Assembly (NCBI RefSeq): GCF_006345805.1
Contig: NC_042998.1
Location: 27,342,001 to 27,406,000, forward strand
Direction: 5' to 3'
Source of the DNA: Octopus sinensis
Taxonomy: Eukaryota
DNA: 64,000 bases
Within the stretch, counting starts at the first letter, position 1. Every line of letters begins with the position of its first letter. This document shows positions 1-11,599 of the stretch, in pieces. The position numbers and the translations under genes were made by a program. The notes beneath the pieces were generated by a model. The model did not search any database, was not told where the DNA came from, and saw only the letters and a program-made list of their open reading frames with translations.

Positions 1-1
1 G

Positions 2-38
<37 letters not shown>

Positions 39-2198
39 TCTATCAGCAATTATGTTGTGAAATTAACGAGGTCACTGTACATCTCTATCAACGATGGATT
101 TTTATGTTTTCTTTCTCGGTATTTGCCTTAAATTTTGTTCAGTGTATATAAACTTACATTGAAATGAAAATTCTAATTATGACATACCATAAATACATAA
201 CAAAAACAGAAATGTTTTAATTCGTTTGTTGGTAATGAATATGCTGGTTGCTCTTTCCAGATAGTCATATGATACAATGTGGCTATCTCTCGATCAGTGA
301 TAAAATGTATCTATCTCGGGATTTTTTTTCTTCTTTTACTCCTCCCACCCTCTCTCTCTCCCCCCTTGTCATTTAGTTCATTTGTTCTTTCTCAGTAGTA
401 GCATGATTCATTATCACCCCCTCTCTCTCTCTCTCATTGCATTTCTCACTCTCTCTACTTTCCCTCAACATACTTCCTTTTCCCTCTTACTCTTCTTCTT
501 TCTATTTTTGTTTACACACACACTCACACACACTTCGTGTTTTTGATTTTATTAACAAATAATATCACGGTCTTTAATTAATACAAATGATTTTAGTTAA
601 CTGTCTTCGTATCTTCATGAAATAGATTATACCCCAGCACAGTTTGTTTCCTCTTTAACTTCACATACTTTGGTTGAAAGTTCTAGAACTATGGAAATAT
701 AGTCCCGTGTGTTGAATTTATACAATTTCCAAAGACATACAACAAGTGAAATTATTCCAGCTGTTTACATTCTTTTACTTTATTGATGCACTGACCTAAT
801 TTTATTCAACAGTACTTGAAGTTCCTTTAATAACTTCTTTGATAATTTTCCAGTATTCCTTAAAAAAAAAAAAAGATGGGTGGGGTGCGGTGAGCTGGCA
901 GAACCTTCAACACACCAAATAAAATGTTTAGCACCATTTCTTCTGATTTTATGTTCAGCCTTTTGGGGGCCGAGAAAATAAGTACCAGTTGAACACTAGG
1001 GGTCGATGTAATTAACACACCCACCTCCCTTGAAATTTCTGGCTTTGTGCCAAAATTTCAAACCAGTATTCCTACTAAAACTTTTTGTCAACAGCTGGCA
1101 CCATAAAAGTTTTCAAAATAATCATTATTAAAAAAAATTTAATGCAGGAAGAGTGTAACATGTTCTGACAAACATATTTACCTTTTCCTCCATTTAATAA
1201 TCATTATTAAAGAATACAGTGCTCAGGTGCACCACAACTTGTCAAAAGTGCGTATAAAGCATATGCAGTAATGTACAAATGTCTGGAAAGTGAACAGTGT
1301 ATGAGTCCATTATATTTTTATAGTTAATAATTTCACAAACAATTCTGGATCTCTCTGATGCTTAATCCTGAATATTGAAGGCATTAGGAAAATGGTTCTC
1401 AACCATTTTTTTTTTACCTGTGGATCCCTAATTCCTATTTTACTCTACTGGACCCCCACAGACATTTGAAGCTTTAAAATGTCCTGTTATAGTATTAGGA
1501 ATTGTATATATATATATAAAGAAAAACCCTATTAAAGTGTTTTCAGTATTTTAGAAGTATAATTGTTTTATTTCACATTTTAAACAAATCTTATGTGGAC
1601 CACTGCATTGGAGGGATGAGAGATAAAATACCTTCTTGAATAGGATGCCAATCTGTTAACTTTCCCAGCCTTCCTTCCATGACCCACTCCCAATAACTAG
1701 AGGTAGTGAGAGAAATAAAATAAAGTATCCTGTGCAAAGACATGAAAGTTTTTGAACTCAACTCTGAAGTTATACTTCAGTTCTCTATTTACTTGGCCAA
1801 TTTCCCTTTAAAATTTTTAGAGTATTTCTGAAGTGTCTGTAGAAAAGCCACCAAGTGGAGAGTTGGAGCAAAATATTTTGACTTCTATCAATGAATTTCT
1901 CTTCAGGGTCCTCTTAACCCCTTTTGGTACCAACCCACCTGAGACTACCCTGGGTTCTATGAAATAAACCTACCAATTTTAAACTGGTCTAAATTATAAT
2001 CTTCCATCAAAATTTTATGCTAAATTATTCCAGACTACAGCTTGATAATTAGAAAACTATTTTACTAAATTCATTATTTAAAAAATTAACTAAAACAAAT
2101 ACTGCATAGGTTAACAAAAATATGGTAACAACAGAATTAATGGTATTTGAGCCGGTTTTATATTTTGTAAGTTTTTGTCTTCCATTAACACTTTCTGT

Positions 2199-2503
2199 GG
2201 AGGCACATGGCCTAGTGGTTAGAGCAGCGGACTCGCAGTCAAGGGATCGTGGGTTCAAATCTCAGACCAGGCGATGTGTGTGCTGATGAGCGAAACACCT
2301 AAGCTCCACGCGGCTCCGACAGAAGGTAATAGCAATCTTCTGCTTACTCTTTCGCCACAACTTTCTCTCGCTCTTTCCTCCTGCATCTTGCAGCTCATCT
2401 GCGACGGACTGGCGTCCCGTCCAGGTGGGGAACCTATACGTCAAAGAAACCGGGAAACCGGCCCTTATGAGCTAGGCGTGGCTTGAGAAGGAACAAACAG
2501 ACA
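2199..2503 (+). mobile_element. Full-length tRNA-derived SINE (Meta-domain-like 3' half) with 15-bp TSD
   Basis: A box TGGCCTAGTGG, B box GGTTCAAATC; ATTAACACTTTCTGT duplicated at 2184-2198 and 2504-2518; second copy at 59369-59674 (-). Confidence 0.85.
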
Positions 2504-2913
2504 ATTAACACTTTCTGTCTGTTTTACATTTGTTTTTCCTGCTGGTATGGGTTGGACAAAAAGTTAGCTATTTTAGGCAGAATTTTGTGGTTAGATGTCC
2601 TTCCTGTCATTAATTGTTACCTGTTTTCCAAGTATGGGATTTGGAAGTGTTGAGAAACTACATAATAGGCAGAGTTGTCAGATTAAGACAGTAGGGTGTC
2701 TTGAGGGAGATTTGGCTGCTATTTCTACCAGGTCTAGCTACCATGTACAGGTCTGAACTTAATTTTCATTCACATATGCCTAACCGAAAACGATCACAGC
2801 CACATCATCCAAATAGGCCGGGTGAAACCGGGCTTAGCTGCTAGTCTTCTATAAATTTAAATCATTGTATGTATGGGATGAAGATACTGATAAAATTTCT
2901 TTTTCTTTTGCAG

Positions 2914-2966
2914 TTGACTTGTTTGCATTTTATAAGAATGCATACAAATTGGGAGGTTATGAAAGG
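2914..2966 (+). CDS. ARID5B: ARID5 (ARID5B-like) coding exon, first one in window; ARID domain middle part (xDLFAFYKNAYKLGGYER). Gene is 5'-partial.
   Basis: Polypyrimidine tract + CAG acceptor (2911-2913) and GTATGT donor at 2967; 53 nt (2 + 17 codons). KLGGYE is the ARID loop-1 signature and splices in frame to the 6543 exon. Confidence 0.93.
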
Positions 2967-3754
2967 GTATGTATATATATATTTTTTTTCTCTTTTCTTT
3001 TTCTCTCTTAATTCTAAATTTATACAAAAGATCTGTTAAGTGTAGAATTTATATTTTATATTTGAGCTGACAGTTCAATATATGAGCATGTCATAAACAT
3101 GAATATTTTTAACAAGACTTTTATTGAGTCTTAATGCAAAAAGTTTTTTTTTTTTAGTGCTTGTTTTGAATTTATATATTTTTTACATAAGCGAAACTTT
3201 TTTTTTTCTTTTTTGATGTCATCAAATTATTCCATAAGTACATTTTTTTTTCCTTTTACAATTTGAAATACCAAAATATTTCTCTTTAGATATAATAATC
3301 AGGGTTTATTTCTCCTAGACATTTTGAATCATAAATAATTAGATTAGCTTTCCAGTTTAAAAATAACTCTGTATCTTCTGCATTACTATTGTTCTTCAAA
3401 CTAATCCTCTTCGGAGAATTATAACTAAAATATGTAGGAGCAATTCACATATAAGAATATAAAATTAAGATAAAATCTAAATTGCCTTTCATGAAGAGTA
3501 GAAACAGGAAAAAAAAGTCATTTTCATTCCATATAGGCTCTCTATGAAGGAAAGGATGAACAATGTTAAATCCACACACACACATGTGGACTATATGTAT
3601 AAAGTGAGATTCAGGTAAAAACTTTGTAGAGCACTGTGCAAAGCCAATCCACAGTTATTGGCTACCTGATGTCATCATACTGTGGAAATCCTTCTGCTGC
3701 TGGACAGACATCAGGAATTCCATAGTATTCGAAGAGTTTATATAAATAGACTGA

Positions 3755-4133
3755 CTTACTTGTACTTTACTTGTACTTGTGATGGCGTTCACCCATGGCA
3801 GGTTGAGCCGGCTACTTCTCTGGTTCTAGCGGCATCTCGAACTATGGCGGCCCACGCATGACGGTCCTGTGCGAGGTCACTGGAGATAGCGAGCCATTCA
3901 CGGTTCCATCTGTGCAGACCAACCACTTGCGGACCTGAAAGTTCGGAGAGGTCCTCCTTTATCATCGTTGCCCAAGTCTTCAGCTGCCCGCCCTTGTGTT
4001 TGCGCCAGTTAGGAAGTGGAGGTGGGAGAAGGACATCGTAAATCAGCTCACCTCTGGGCGCCGGGCCGCATGACCGAACAACCTTAAGCGCCGTTGTAGA
4101 AGCACCAAAGGGAGGGTCCGGCGATTCAGGCAA
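3755..4133 (-). mobile_element. RTE-clade LINE 3' end
   Basis: ORF 3789-4133 encodes PNWRKHKGGQLKTW...RWNREW...LAQDRHAWAAIVRD, typical of the RTE ORF C-terminus, followed by a CAAGTA-type short tandem 3' tail. Confidence 0.8.
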
Positions 4134-4181
4134 TAAATAGACAGATGAAGGAAAATGGAATTAACAATATTCTTTGTTTAA

Positions 4182-4290
4182 AATCACTCCAATTGTTTCG
4201 ATGTGTTCTGACACCTATTTGTACATAGGTGAGATGATGTGCAATCATTATCTTCCATCAAAGATGTAGAATGCACCTCTTCAGGTGATT
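4182..4290 (-). ncRNA. Degenerate type I hammerhead ribozyme motif (Penelope pLTR type)
   Basis: - strand: AATCAC-CTGAAGA-[stem II 8/10 paired, long loop]-GAAA-C-AATT-G-GA-GTGATT. Stem I is perfect; palindromic CAATTG sits at stem III; the NUH site reads GGA (non-canonical). Confidence 0.55.
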
Positions 4291-4401
4291 GTTTAAATAA
4301 GTTCTTTGTGAAATTCTCTCGACATTTCACTCACTGTAATAATGTATACTGAGAATGATGTAATTCCCAGCAGTTCACAGACAAAACTTTTCAGTTGTGT
4401 A

Positions 4402-4449
<48 letters not shown>

Positions 4450-4585
4450 TAGATATAGATATAGATAGATAGATTGATATTTAAATAATGAGGGAGATAA
4501 ATTGAATATTAATTTAATTAATATCAATTTAAAACCAGTAGCCTAGCATATAAAAAATCTGAAAAATCAGAAAAAATTTCAATAC

Positions 4586-4892
4586 ATATGTATATTTAGG
4601 GCTAAAAAACCACTAGATGGATAGCCATATGCTAGAAGAAGATCACATACGATCTAACTACAAAGAAATAATGTTCTCCAGAGAAAATTCAGTGAACACC
4701 AGAACATAGGCAGGCAAGAGAGATGAAAATTACATAAAAATCAAGAATTTATGTAATTTTCATGTCTTGTGTTCTGGTGTTCACTGAATTTTCTCTGGAG
4801 AACATTCTTTCTTTGTAGTTAGATCGTATGTGATCTTCTTCTAGCATATGGCTATCCACCTAGTGGTTTTTTAGCCCTAAATATATACATAT
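4586..4892. repeat. Foldback palindrome with ~140-bp near-perfect arms
   Basis: tttagggctaaaaaaccactag...gaacaccagaac is mirrored by gttctggtgttc...ctagtggttttttagccctaaa, centred near 4745. Confidence 0.9.
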
Positions 4893-6542
4893 ATAGATAG
4901 ATAGACAAATATTTTCAGTTTTGTTGATTTTCGGTTATTATGGTTAAGCACAATGAATAATTTATGAAAAATTATGCTAATATTTCAGATAAAATTACAG
5001 ATGTTTACGTCAGAATCAGACATGTAAGAAATGCTCTCTTTGGAGTGTAGTTGTGCCTTAATCCTGCTTTTCAGAAATATCACCCATCACTTAAAAGCTA
5101 GAAAATTTATAAAAATATCTATAAACAGTAGATTAGTAGCCAACTGGTATTCTCTTTCTTTAATCTTAATTTTACATAACAGTAGTTGCTAAATTGACAA
5201 TCAATACTGCCCTTCACTTTAGTGCAGTTTTTGCTGACATCAGAAAATTTTTATTTAATTTGAAGTGAACTTGTCAAAATTCAGTCAGTCAACATTTTTT
5301 TAAAAGGTATTTTGTTTTTAAAAATGTATATTAAAATCAATTGTATAAAATTTTTTATAAATTTTTTTTTTCCTCTTTATGCCGTTGCTTATCTTTTTCT
5401 TTCTTGATTTATTTCATACGAAATTTTAAATCTAAGTCTTTTATGGTCTTTCTGCTGCTGAAGATATTTCCTTTAATTATCCAGTTTTATATTATGTGGA
5501 TTATAGAATAAGTTTCTTAGAAAGTCTCTTTAAAGTTAGTGTGTGTGTGTGTGTGTGTGTGTGCATGTATTGAAGTATACTGTATTATAGATTCATTTAG
5601 GCCAGCCTTACCAATTGGTTTTGCACTGGGAATTAGATAACCGGATATTCGATAACAGTACTGTTAAGTAGTAACACAATGTGCTCTTCAGAGGTGTGTG
5701 TATGTATATGTGTGTGTGTATGTAATATATATATGTTTATATATGTATATTTATATATGAATATATATATGTATGTTTATATATATATGTGTGTGTGTGT
5801 GTGCGTGTATGGATAAAACACCCACAACAGTCTTGGAGTGGTTGACATTAGGAAGTGCAGCCATCTGGCTCCCCAGTCTTCAGTCAAACCATCCAACCCA
5901 TACTAGCATGGAAAGCGGACATTAAACAATGATAATGTATGTTTATATATATGTGTGTGTGTGTGTGTTTATATATATGTATGCTTATATACATATATAT
6001 GTTTGTATTTTTATATATATATATGTATGTATGTCTATTTATGGATATATATGTATGTATGTACATGACCATATATGTTCTGTATAAAACAGATATAAGA
6101 AACTCAGAACAGTTACAGAGGTAAAGCCTCAGCTCTGAACAAACGACTTTTTGTGCGTTCGGAATATCGAATAACAATAAATAGTTTCTAATTTTATTCA
6201 TTAGCTTCATATTTGCATTTATTCATTAAGTGTTAAAAATAGATAAATGCCTGTTTTTGTGAGCTCTCAAAATTTAGAAAAACTTGTCTAAAATATTTGA
6301 AGCTCAGTAGTAATGATAAATATAGTAGTAGTAATGATAATAATAACGATAATTATAAATTAGTGAATACAGATTTTAAGCGGTAAGAATGGTAAACTGA
6401 AGCTAAGAACTGTTTGAGTCTCAGCTTACGTAGTTCTTATACCATTGCACAACAAAATGTCTTTTTGTAAAAATTTTTTCTAAAAATGAAAATGTTTTCA
6501 GTAATTAGATTAATTAAATTTTCATTAATTTTTCTTTTACAG

Positions 6543-6640
6543 ATTACTAATCAACGAATGTGGAAACAGTTGTATGACATGATGGGTGGTAATCCTGGAA
6601 GTACAAGTGCCGCAACTTGTACAAGAAGGCACTATGAACG
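6543..6640 (+). CDS. ARID5B: ARID5 coding exon, ARID domain core (ITNQRMWKQLYDMMGGNPGSTSAATCTRRHYE-R)
   Basis: ttttcttttacAG acceptor, GTAAGA donor at 6641; 98 nt. GGNPGSTSAATCTRRHYER is the ARID5A/B-subfamily diagnostic sequence. Confidence 0.97.
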
Positions 6641-8838
6641 GTAAGACATATATACATCCTACTTCAGACAAGAAATTCTTTTGTAGCTGCAAGTATATCT
6701 GTGTGGTAAGAAGTTTTCTTCCTGACCACATGGTTCTTGGTTCAGTCCCACTGCATGGCACATTGGGCCCAGTGTCTTTCTTCTACTATAGCCTCAGGCC
6801 AACCAAAGTCTTGCGAGTTGGATTTGATCAGCAGAAACCGAAAAAAGCCCATTGTGTGTCTGCGTTTGCCCCTACTTGAAAACTAGTGTTAGCGTATTTA
6901 CATCCCTGTCACATAGCGGTTCAGCAAAAGAGAACAATAGAATAAGTACCAGATCTTAAAAGAAAATAAGTCCTGGGGTTGATTCGCTCGACTAAGATTC
7001 CTCAAAGCAATGCCCCAGCATGGCCCTCGTGCTGGTGGCACGTAAAAGCACCCACTACACTTTCAGAGTGGTTGGCGTTAGGAAGGGCATCCAGCTGTAG
7101 AAACTCTGCCACATCAAGATTGGAGCCTGCTGCAGCCATCTGGCTCGCCGGTCCTCAGTCAAATCGTCCAACCCATGCCAGCATGGAAAGCGGACGTTAA
7201 ATGATTATGATGATGATGATGAGTGTTGTGCAAGAACTGGAAATAGCAACTTTCATGTATATGTACACACACATTCACACTCATTCACTCATTCACTCTC
7301 TCTCTATCTCTCTCTCCTTTCTTTCATCCAATTTTTATTTACCAAATTCACTGACTTGGCATTGGTCAGTTGGAGGTTATAGTAGAATACAATTCTTCAT
7401 GATGTCTGCCCCCACATGTAAGCTAGCTTCTTAACTACTCAGATCCAAAATAATGAACAGACATATATCAAGATTCACCACCACATTACGGCTGCCATGG
7501 CCCTCGGACACACTTTTTCAATGTTCAGAATTGCTGAAGCATGGAATAAACTACCAGCATCAGTTGTTAGCTGCCAGGACACTATATAATTCAAAGCTTC
7601 CATAAAATTCACCAACGGTACACTTGATGCCCCTACCATCATCATCATCATTGTCGTTTCATGTCTGCTTTCCATGCTGGCATGGATTGGACGGTTTGAC
7701 TGAGGACTGGCAAGCCAGGAGGTTGCACCAGGCTCCAATCCGATTTGGCAAGGTTTCTACAGCTGGATGCCCTTCCTAATGCCAACCACTCCGAGAGTGT
7801 AGTGGGTGCTTTTTACGTGGCACAGGTGACAGTCAGGTAGCACTGGCATCGGCCACACTCGAATGGTACTTCTTGGTACCAGTCAGGTGGTACTGGCATT
7901 GGCCATGCTCGAACGGTACTTTTTACGTGCCAGTCAGGTGGCACTGGCATCGGCCGCACTCGAATGGTGCTTTTTATGTGCCACCAGCATGGGTGCCAGT
8001 CAGGCGTCATTAGCATCAGCCGCTCTCGAATGGTACTTTCTATGTGCCACTTGCACAGGTGCTAGTTGGGTAGCACTGGTATCAGTTACACTTGAATAAT
8101 ACATTTTGCATGCTACCGGCACCCACTTTAAATAACTCTTTCACTGTTCACTTCTTGTGCATTTTCTATTTAATGTTCCTGCACTTTTGGTTACCTTTTC
8201 TGATGAGTTTTAGTTCACCTGAGCACTGTATACAACGAGATCATTATATTATTACTAGTAATTCTAAGGCAGTGAGCTGGCAGAATCGTTAGCACCCTGG
8301 GCAAAATGCTTAGTGGCATTTCGTCTGGCTTTACGTTCTGAGTTCAAATTCTGGTGAGGTAGACTCTGCCTTTCATCCTTTTTGGGGTCGGTGAATTAAG
8401 TACCAGTGAAACACTGGGGTCAGTATAATCGACAAGTCCCTTCCCCAAAAAATTTCAGGCCTTGTGCCTATAGTAAAAAGGATTATTACTTGTAATTCTG
8501 TTAATGAGCAGTACAGGGTGGAAAGTAAATTTAAACCATCTTGCACAGCAGTTCACAGTTTAAGGATCTGAAGCAGCCAGGGTTATTTCTCTTAACATTT
8601 TACATACCTCAACATACACAATTTAGCATGTGAAAAACGAAATAGGAATTTGGAAACAAGCATCTATAAAACTAGTTTTTAAACATGGAATGGCTAAAGG
8701 GGGGGAGTCCACCAAAATAAAATAGCAATCAAAAGGGTCCAGAGACAGAAAATGGTTGAGAACCACTAATCTCACAGGACTGAGTCTTAACCAATATATA
8801 TGAAGGCTTTTTTTTTTTTTTTACTTGCTTATTCTAAA

Positions 8839-9493
8839 TTAATCCTTTCATTACCAGCTTGGCTGAAACCGGCTCAGGCTCTGAATACAAATGTCTTGTT
8901 TTCATAAGTTTTGAATTAAAATCTTTCACCAAACCTTAGTCACAATTTATATTCCTAACACTAGCTGAATGATAACTAAGGCATTTTACTAAATTCTTTG
9001 TCATATTTTAAATTAATTGAAAGAAACATAGAGTATCTCGACAGAAATATGGTAACAAAAAGGTTAACAAATGATTAATTTAACCCTTTTGATACCAACC
9101 TTTCTGAAACTTCCTCTAGCTCTAAAATCTTCCACCAAATCTTTGTCACAATTTATATTCCTAACACTAGCTGAATGATAACTAAATTGTGGAAGGTGTT
9201 TATAAGCCATTTAAGAGTGAACAAGGTCACAGTCTCAAAGCGACGAAAATATTTTGGGAAATTAAATTTAGATGTTGAAGTGAATCTAACGGTTTTTGTG
9301 TGTTTCTTAAATGGCTTATAAACACCTTCCACACTGCAATTGTTTTCGTTCCAGCACACAATCTCAGATCACTTCACTTGCTATGCAAGTACATCTCCGA
9401 TAGCTAAATTATTTTACTAAATTCTTTGTTATATTTAAAGTAATTGAAAGAAACACAGGGCATCTCAAAATAAATACAGTACCAAAGGGGTTC
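8839..9493. mobile_element. piggyBac-like MITE dimer (TTAA-flanked) with a nested insert
   Basis: TTAA + CCCTTT...AAAGGG-type termini; the two units are separated by TTAA-CAAATGATTAAT-TTAA (9064-9083). Confidence 0.7.
9189..9398 (+). mobile_element. Small insert with 12-bp TSD, 28-bp perfect inverted repeat and hammerhead-like remnant
   Basis: GATAACTAAATT (9177-9188) / GATAGCTAAATT (9399-9410); inverted repeat 9188-9215 vs 9306-9333; gtcac-loop-gcgac-GAAA at ~9226-9248. Confidence 0.65.
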
Positions 9494-9597
9494 AGCTTTT
9501 ATGACAAATATTTCTGAATTAATCCAGAATTTTGTGACGTGAAGGAATTCTTGCATAACTATTATCAATAATGAATTTCTTTTAAAATATTTTTCAG

Positions 9598-9748
9598 TTT
9601 ATTACTTCCTTTTGAATTAAGTCAAAAAGGAAAGGATCTTAATACATTATCGGATATAAAACAGAAGAAAAGTTCACATGTATCAAAATTGGACACCCAT
9701 CACTCGAAACAACTTTTACACAGATCTAATGAGGACAAAAAAGACAAG
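9598..9748 (+). CDS. ARID5B: ARID5 coding exon, end of ARID domain (R-LLLPFELSQKGKDLN...EDKKDK)
   Basis: atttttcAG acceptor, GTTTGA donor at 9749; 151 nt completes the split Arg codon, giving HYERLLLPFE (ARID5 consensus HYERLILPYE). Confidence 0.92.
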
Positions 9749-11157
9749 GTTTGAAACCATTATTGTTATTATTATTATTATTATTATTGTTGTGCTGAGC
9801 GGGCAGAATCGTTAGCATGCTGGATGAAATGCTCAGCAGTATTTTGCCATATCGCTACTTTCTGAGTTCAGATTCTGCCGTGGTTGACTTTGCTTTTCAT
9901 CCTTTCAGGAGTCGATGAATTAAATACCAGTGAAACACTGGGGTTGATGCAATCAACTAGTCACCTCCCCACAAATTTCAGGCCTTCTGCCTTTAGTGGA
10001 AAGGATTAATATTATTATTAATATTAGGGCGGCAAGCTGGTAGAGAAAGATTAGCACGCTGGGCAAAATGCTTAGCGGTATTTTGTCTGTCTTTACATCC
10101 AGAGTTCAAATTCTGCCACAGTCAACTTTGCCTTTCATCCTTTTGGGGTCGATAAATTAAGTACCAGTTGCATACTGGGTTGATCTAATCGACTGACTCC
10201 CTCCCCCAAAAAATTTCAGGCCTTGTGCCTAAAGTAGAAAAGTTGATTATTATTAGGGCGGTGGGCAAAACGCTTAACAGCATTTCATTTGTGTTTTTGT
10301 TCTGAGTTCAAATTCCACTGAGGTCGACTTTGCCTTTCGTCCTTTTGAGGGTCAATAAAATAAGTATCAGGTGGATACTGGGGGGTTGATGTGATCAACT
10401 TAAACCCTTCCCCCAATATTTGACTGGTACTTTTATTTTATCAACCCTGATAGGATGAAAGGCAAAGTGTTAGGGTTGTGTGGGATCGACTAAGCCTTTC
10501 CCTTAAAAATTGCTGACTTTTTTGCCGAAAAAAAAAGAGAAAACCTGTTAAGGAGAAGGGATTGATTGGCATGGGTGTTTGTGTCAAGCAAAATGTGTTG
10601 TGGAATTTGTTCCCACTCTCCATGTTTTGAGTTCAGTTCCTGCTGAAGTCAGCTTTGTATTTCATTCATCCAGGGTTGATAAACTTAAATCACCACCCAT
10701 TAGAGGTGGCAAGCTGATAGAATCTTTAGGGCACCACAGGTAAAAAAAAAATGCTTTTTACATTCTGGGTTCAAATCATACCTAGATCATCTCTGCTTTT
10801 CATTCTTTCAGGGTCTATAAAATAAATTATCAGCTTAATATTGGGGAGGGGTTTGGGTCAGTTTAATCAAAGGTTCCCCTCACACCTTACAGTATTTGGT
10901 CTGATTCTTTATGTTCTGATTTCAAATTCTGCCACGGTCAGCTCTGCTCCTAAACTTGCTTCTTTTGTGCCAAACGAAACGAACTATAAGTCCAGTCCTA
11001 GGGCTCCCCTTCGAAATTGTTGCTGTTGTGCCTAAATTGGAGTTATTGCATGCATTGTACTGAAGTTGTTTTCAGTGTTTGAAATTCGTAATATTGAATC
11101 ATTTTAGCAAAATATGAGATATCACAATTAAATGAAGTGTTAATTTTATTATTATAG

Positions 11158-11235
11158 AGAAACAGAATGAGTATTGAAGAAAAAGAAAAGATGTGGGATG
11201 AAATGAGGAAAACCAATGCTCAAAATCGAGATAAT
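11158..11235 (+). CDS. ARID5B: ARID5 coding exon (RNRMSIEEKEKMWDEMRKTNAQNRDN)
   Basis: attatAG acceptor, GTAAGC donor at 11236; 78 nt, phase 0/0, open, purine-rich charged peptide fitting between flanking phase-0 exons. Confidence 0.8.
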
Positions 11236-11599
11236 GTAAGCATTTACTTACAGACATGTCTTGAATTTTCATTAGTACACATTATTAACGTTTAAAAAAA
11301 AGCATTTCGCTGCTTTTGTAAATCTCAACTGAATTGCATAAATGAAACAATTTTTAAGGGAAGTAATTCGTATAATATTAGTAAGAGTTAAATCCCTTGA
11401 AACGAATTTAGTTTTTAAGATTCTATTTTGTTATGAGACGTTAACGTGGCTGAGCAAACTATTGGAAAGGATATCGGAATAAATGTGTAATTGAACGATA
11501 TTAAACTGTATAAATAAATGCCGTGTAACGTTTTCTTAGAATATTTAAACTGTGTTGTTTCGTATTTTTATGAAGAAAATTTTCTTTTATTATTTTTAG

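Noticed and set aside
261-306. Possible upstream ARID5 exon (ttccAG...GTATCT)
   Set aside because: The only open frame ends in phase 2, incompatible with the phase-1 start of the 2914 exon, and it does not encode ARID helix 1 sequence.
2283-2296. CTGATGA-GC-GAAAC, resembling a hammerhead core
   Set aside because: The sister copy at 59369 reads TTTATGAGTGAAAC at the same place, so this is a chance variant of a SINE segment; there is no stem II or III.
6130-6175. CTGAACA-aacg...cgtt-c-GGAA, possible decayed hammerhead
   Set aside because: Both catalytic boxes are mutated; it cannot be distinguished from chance without a family consensus.
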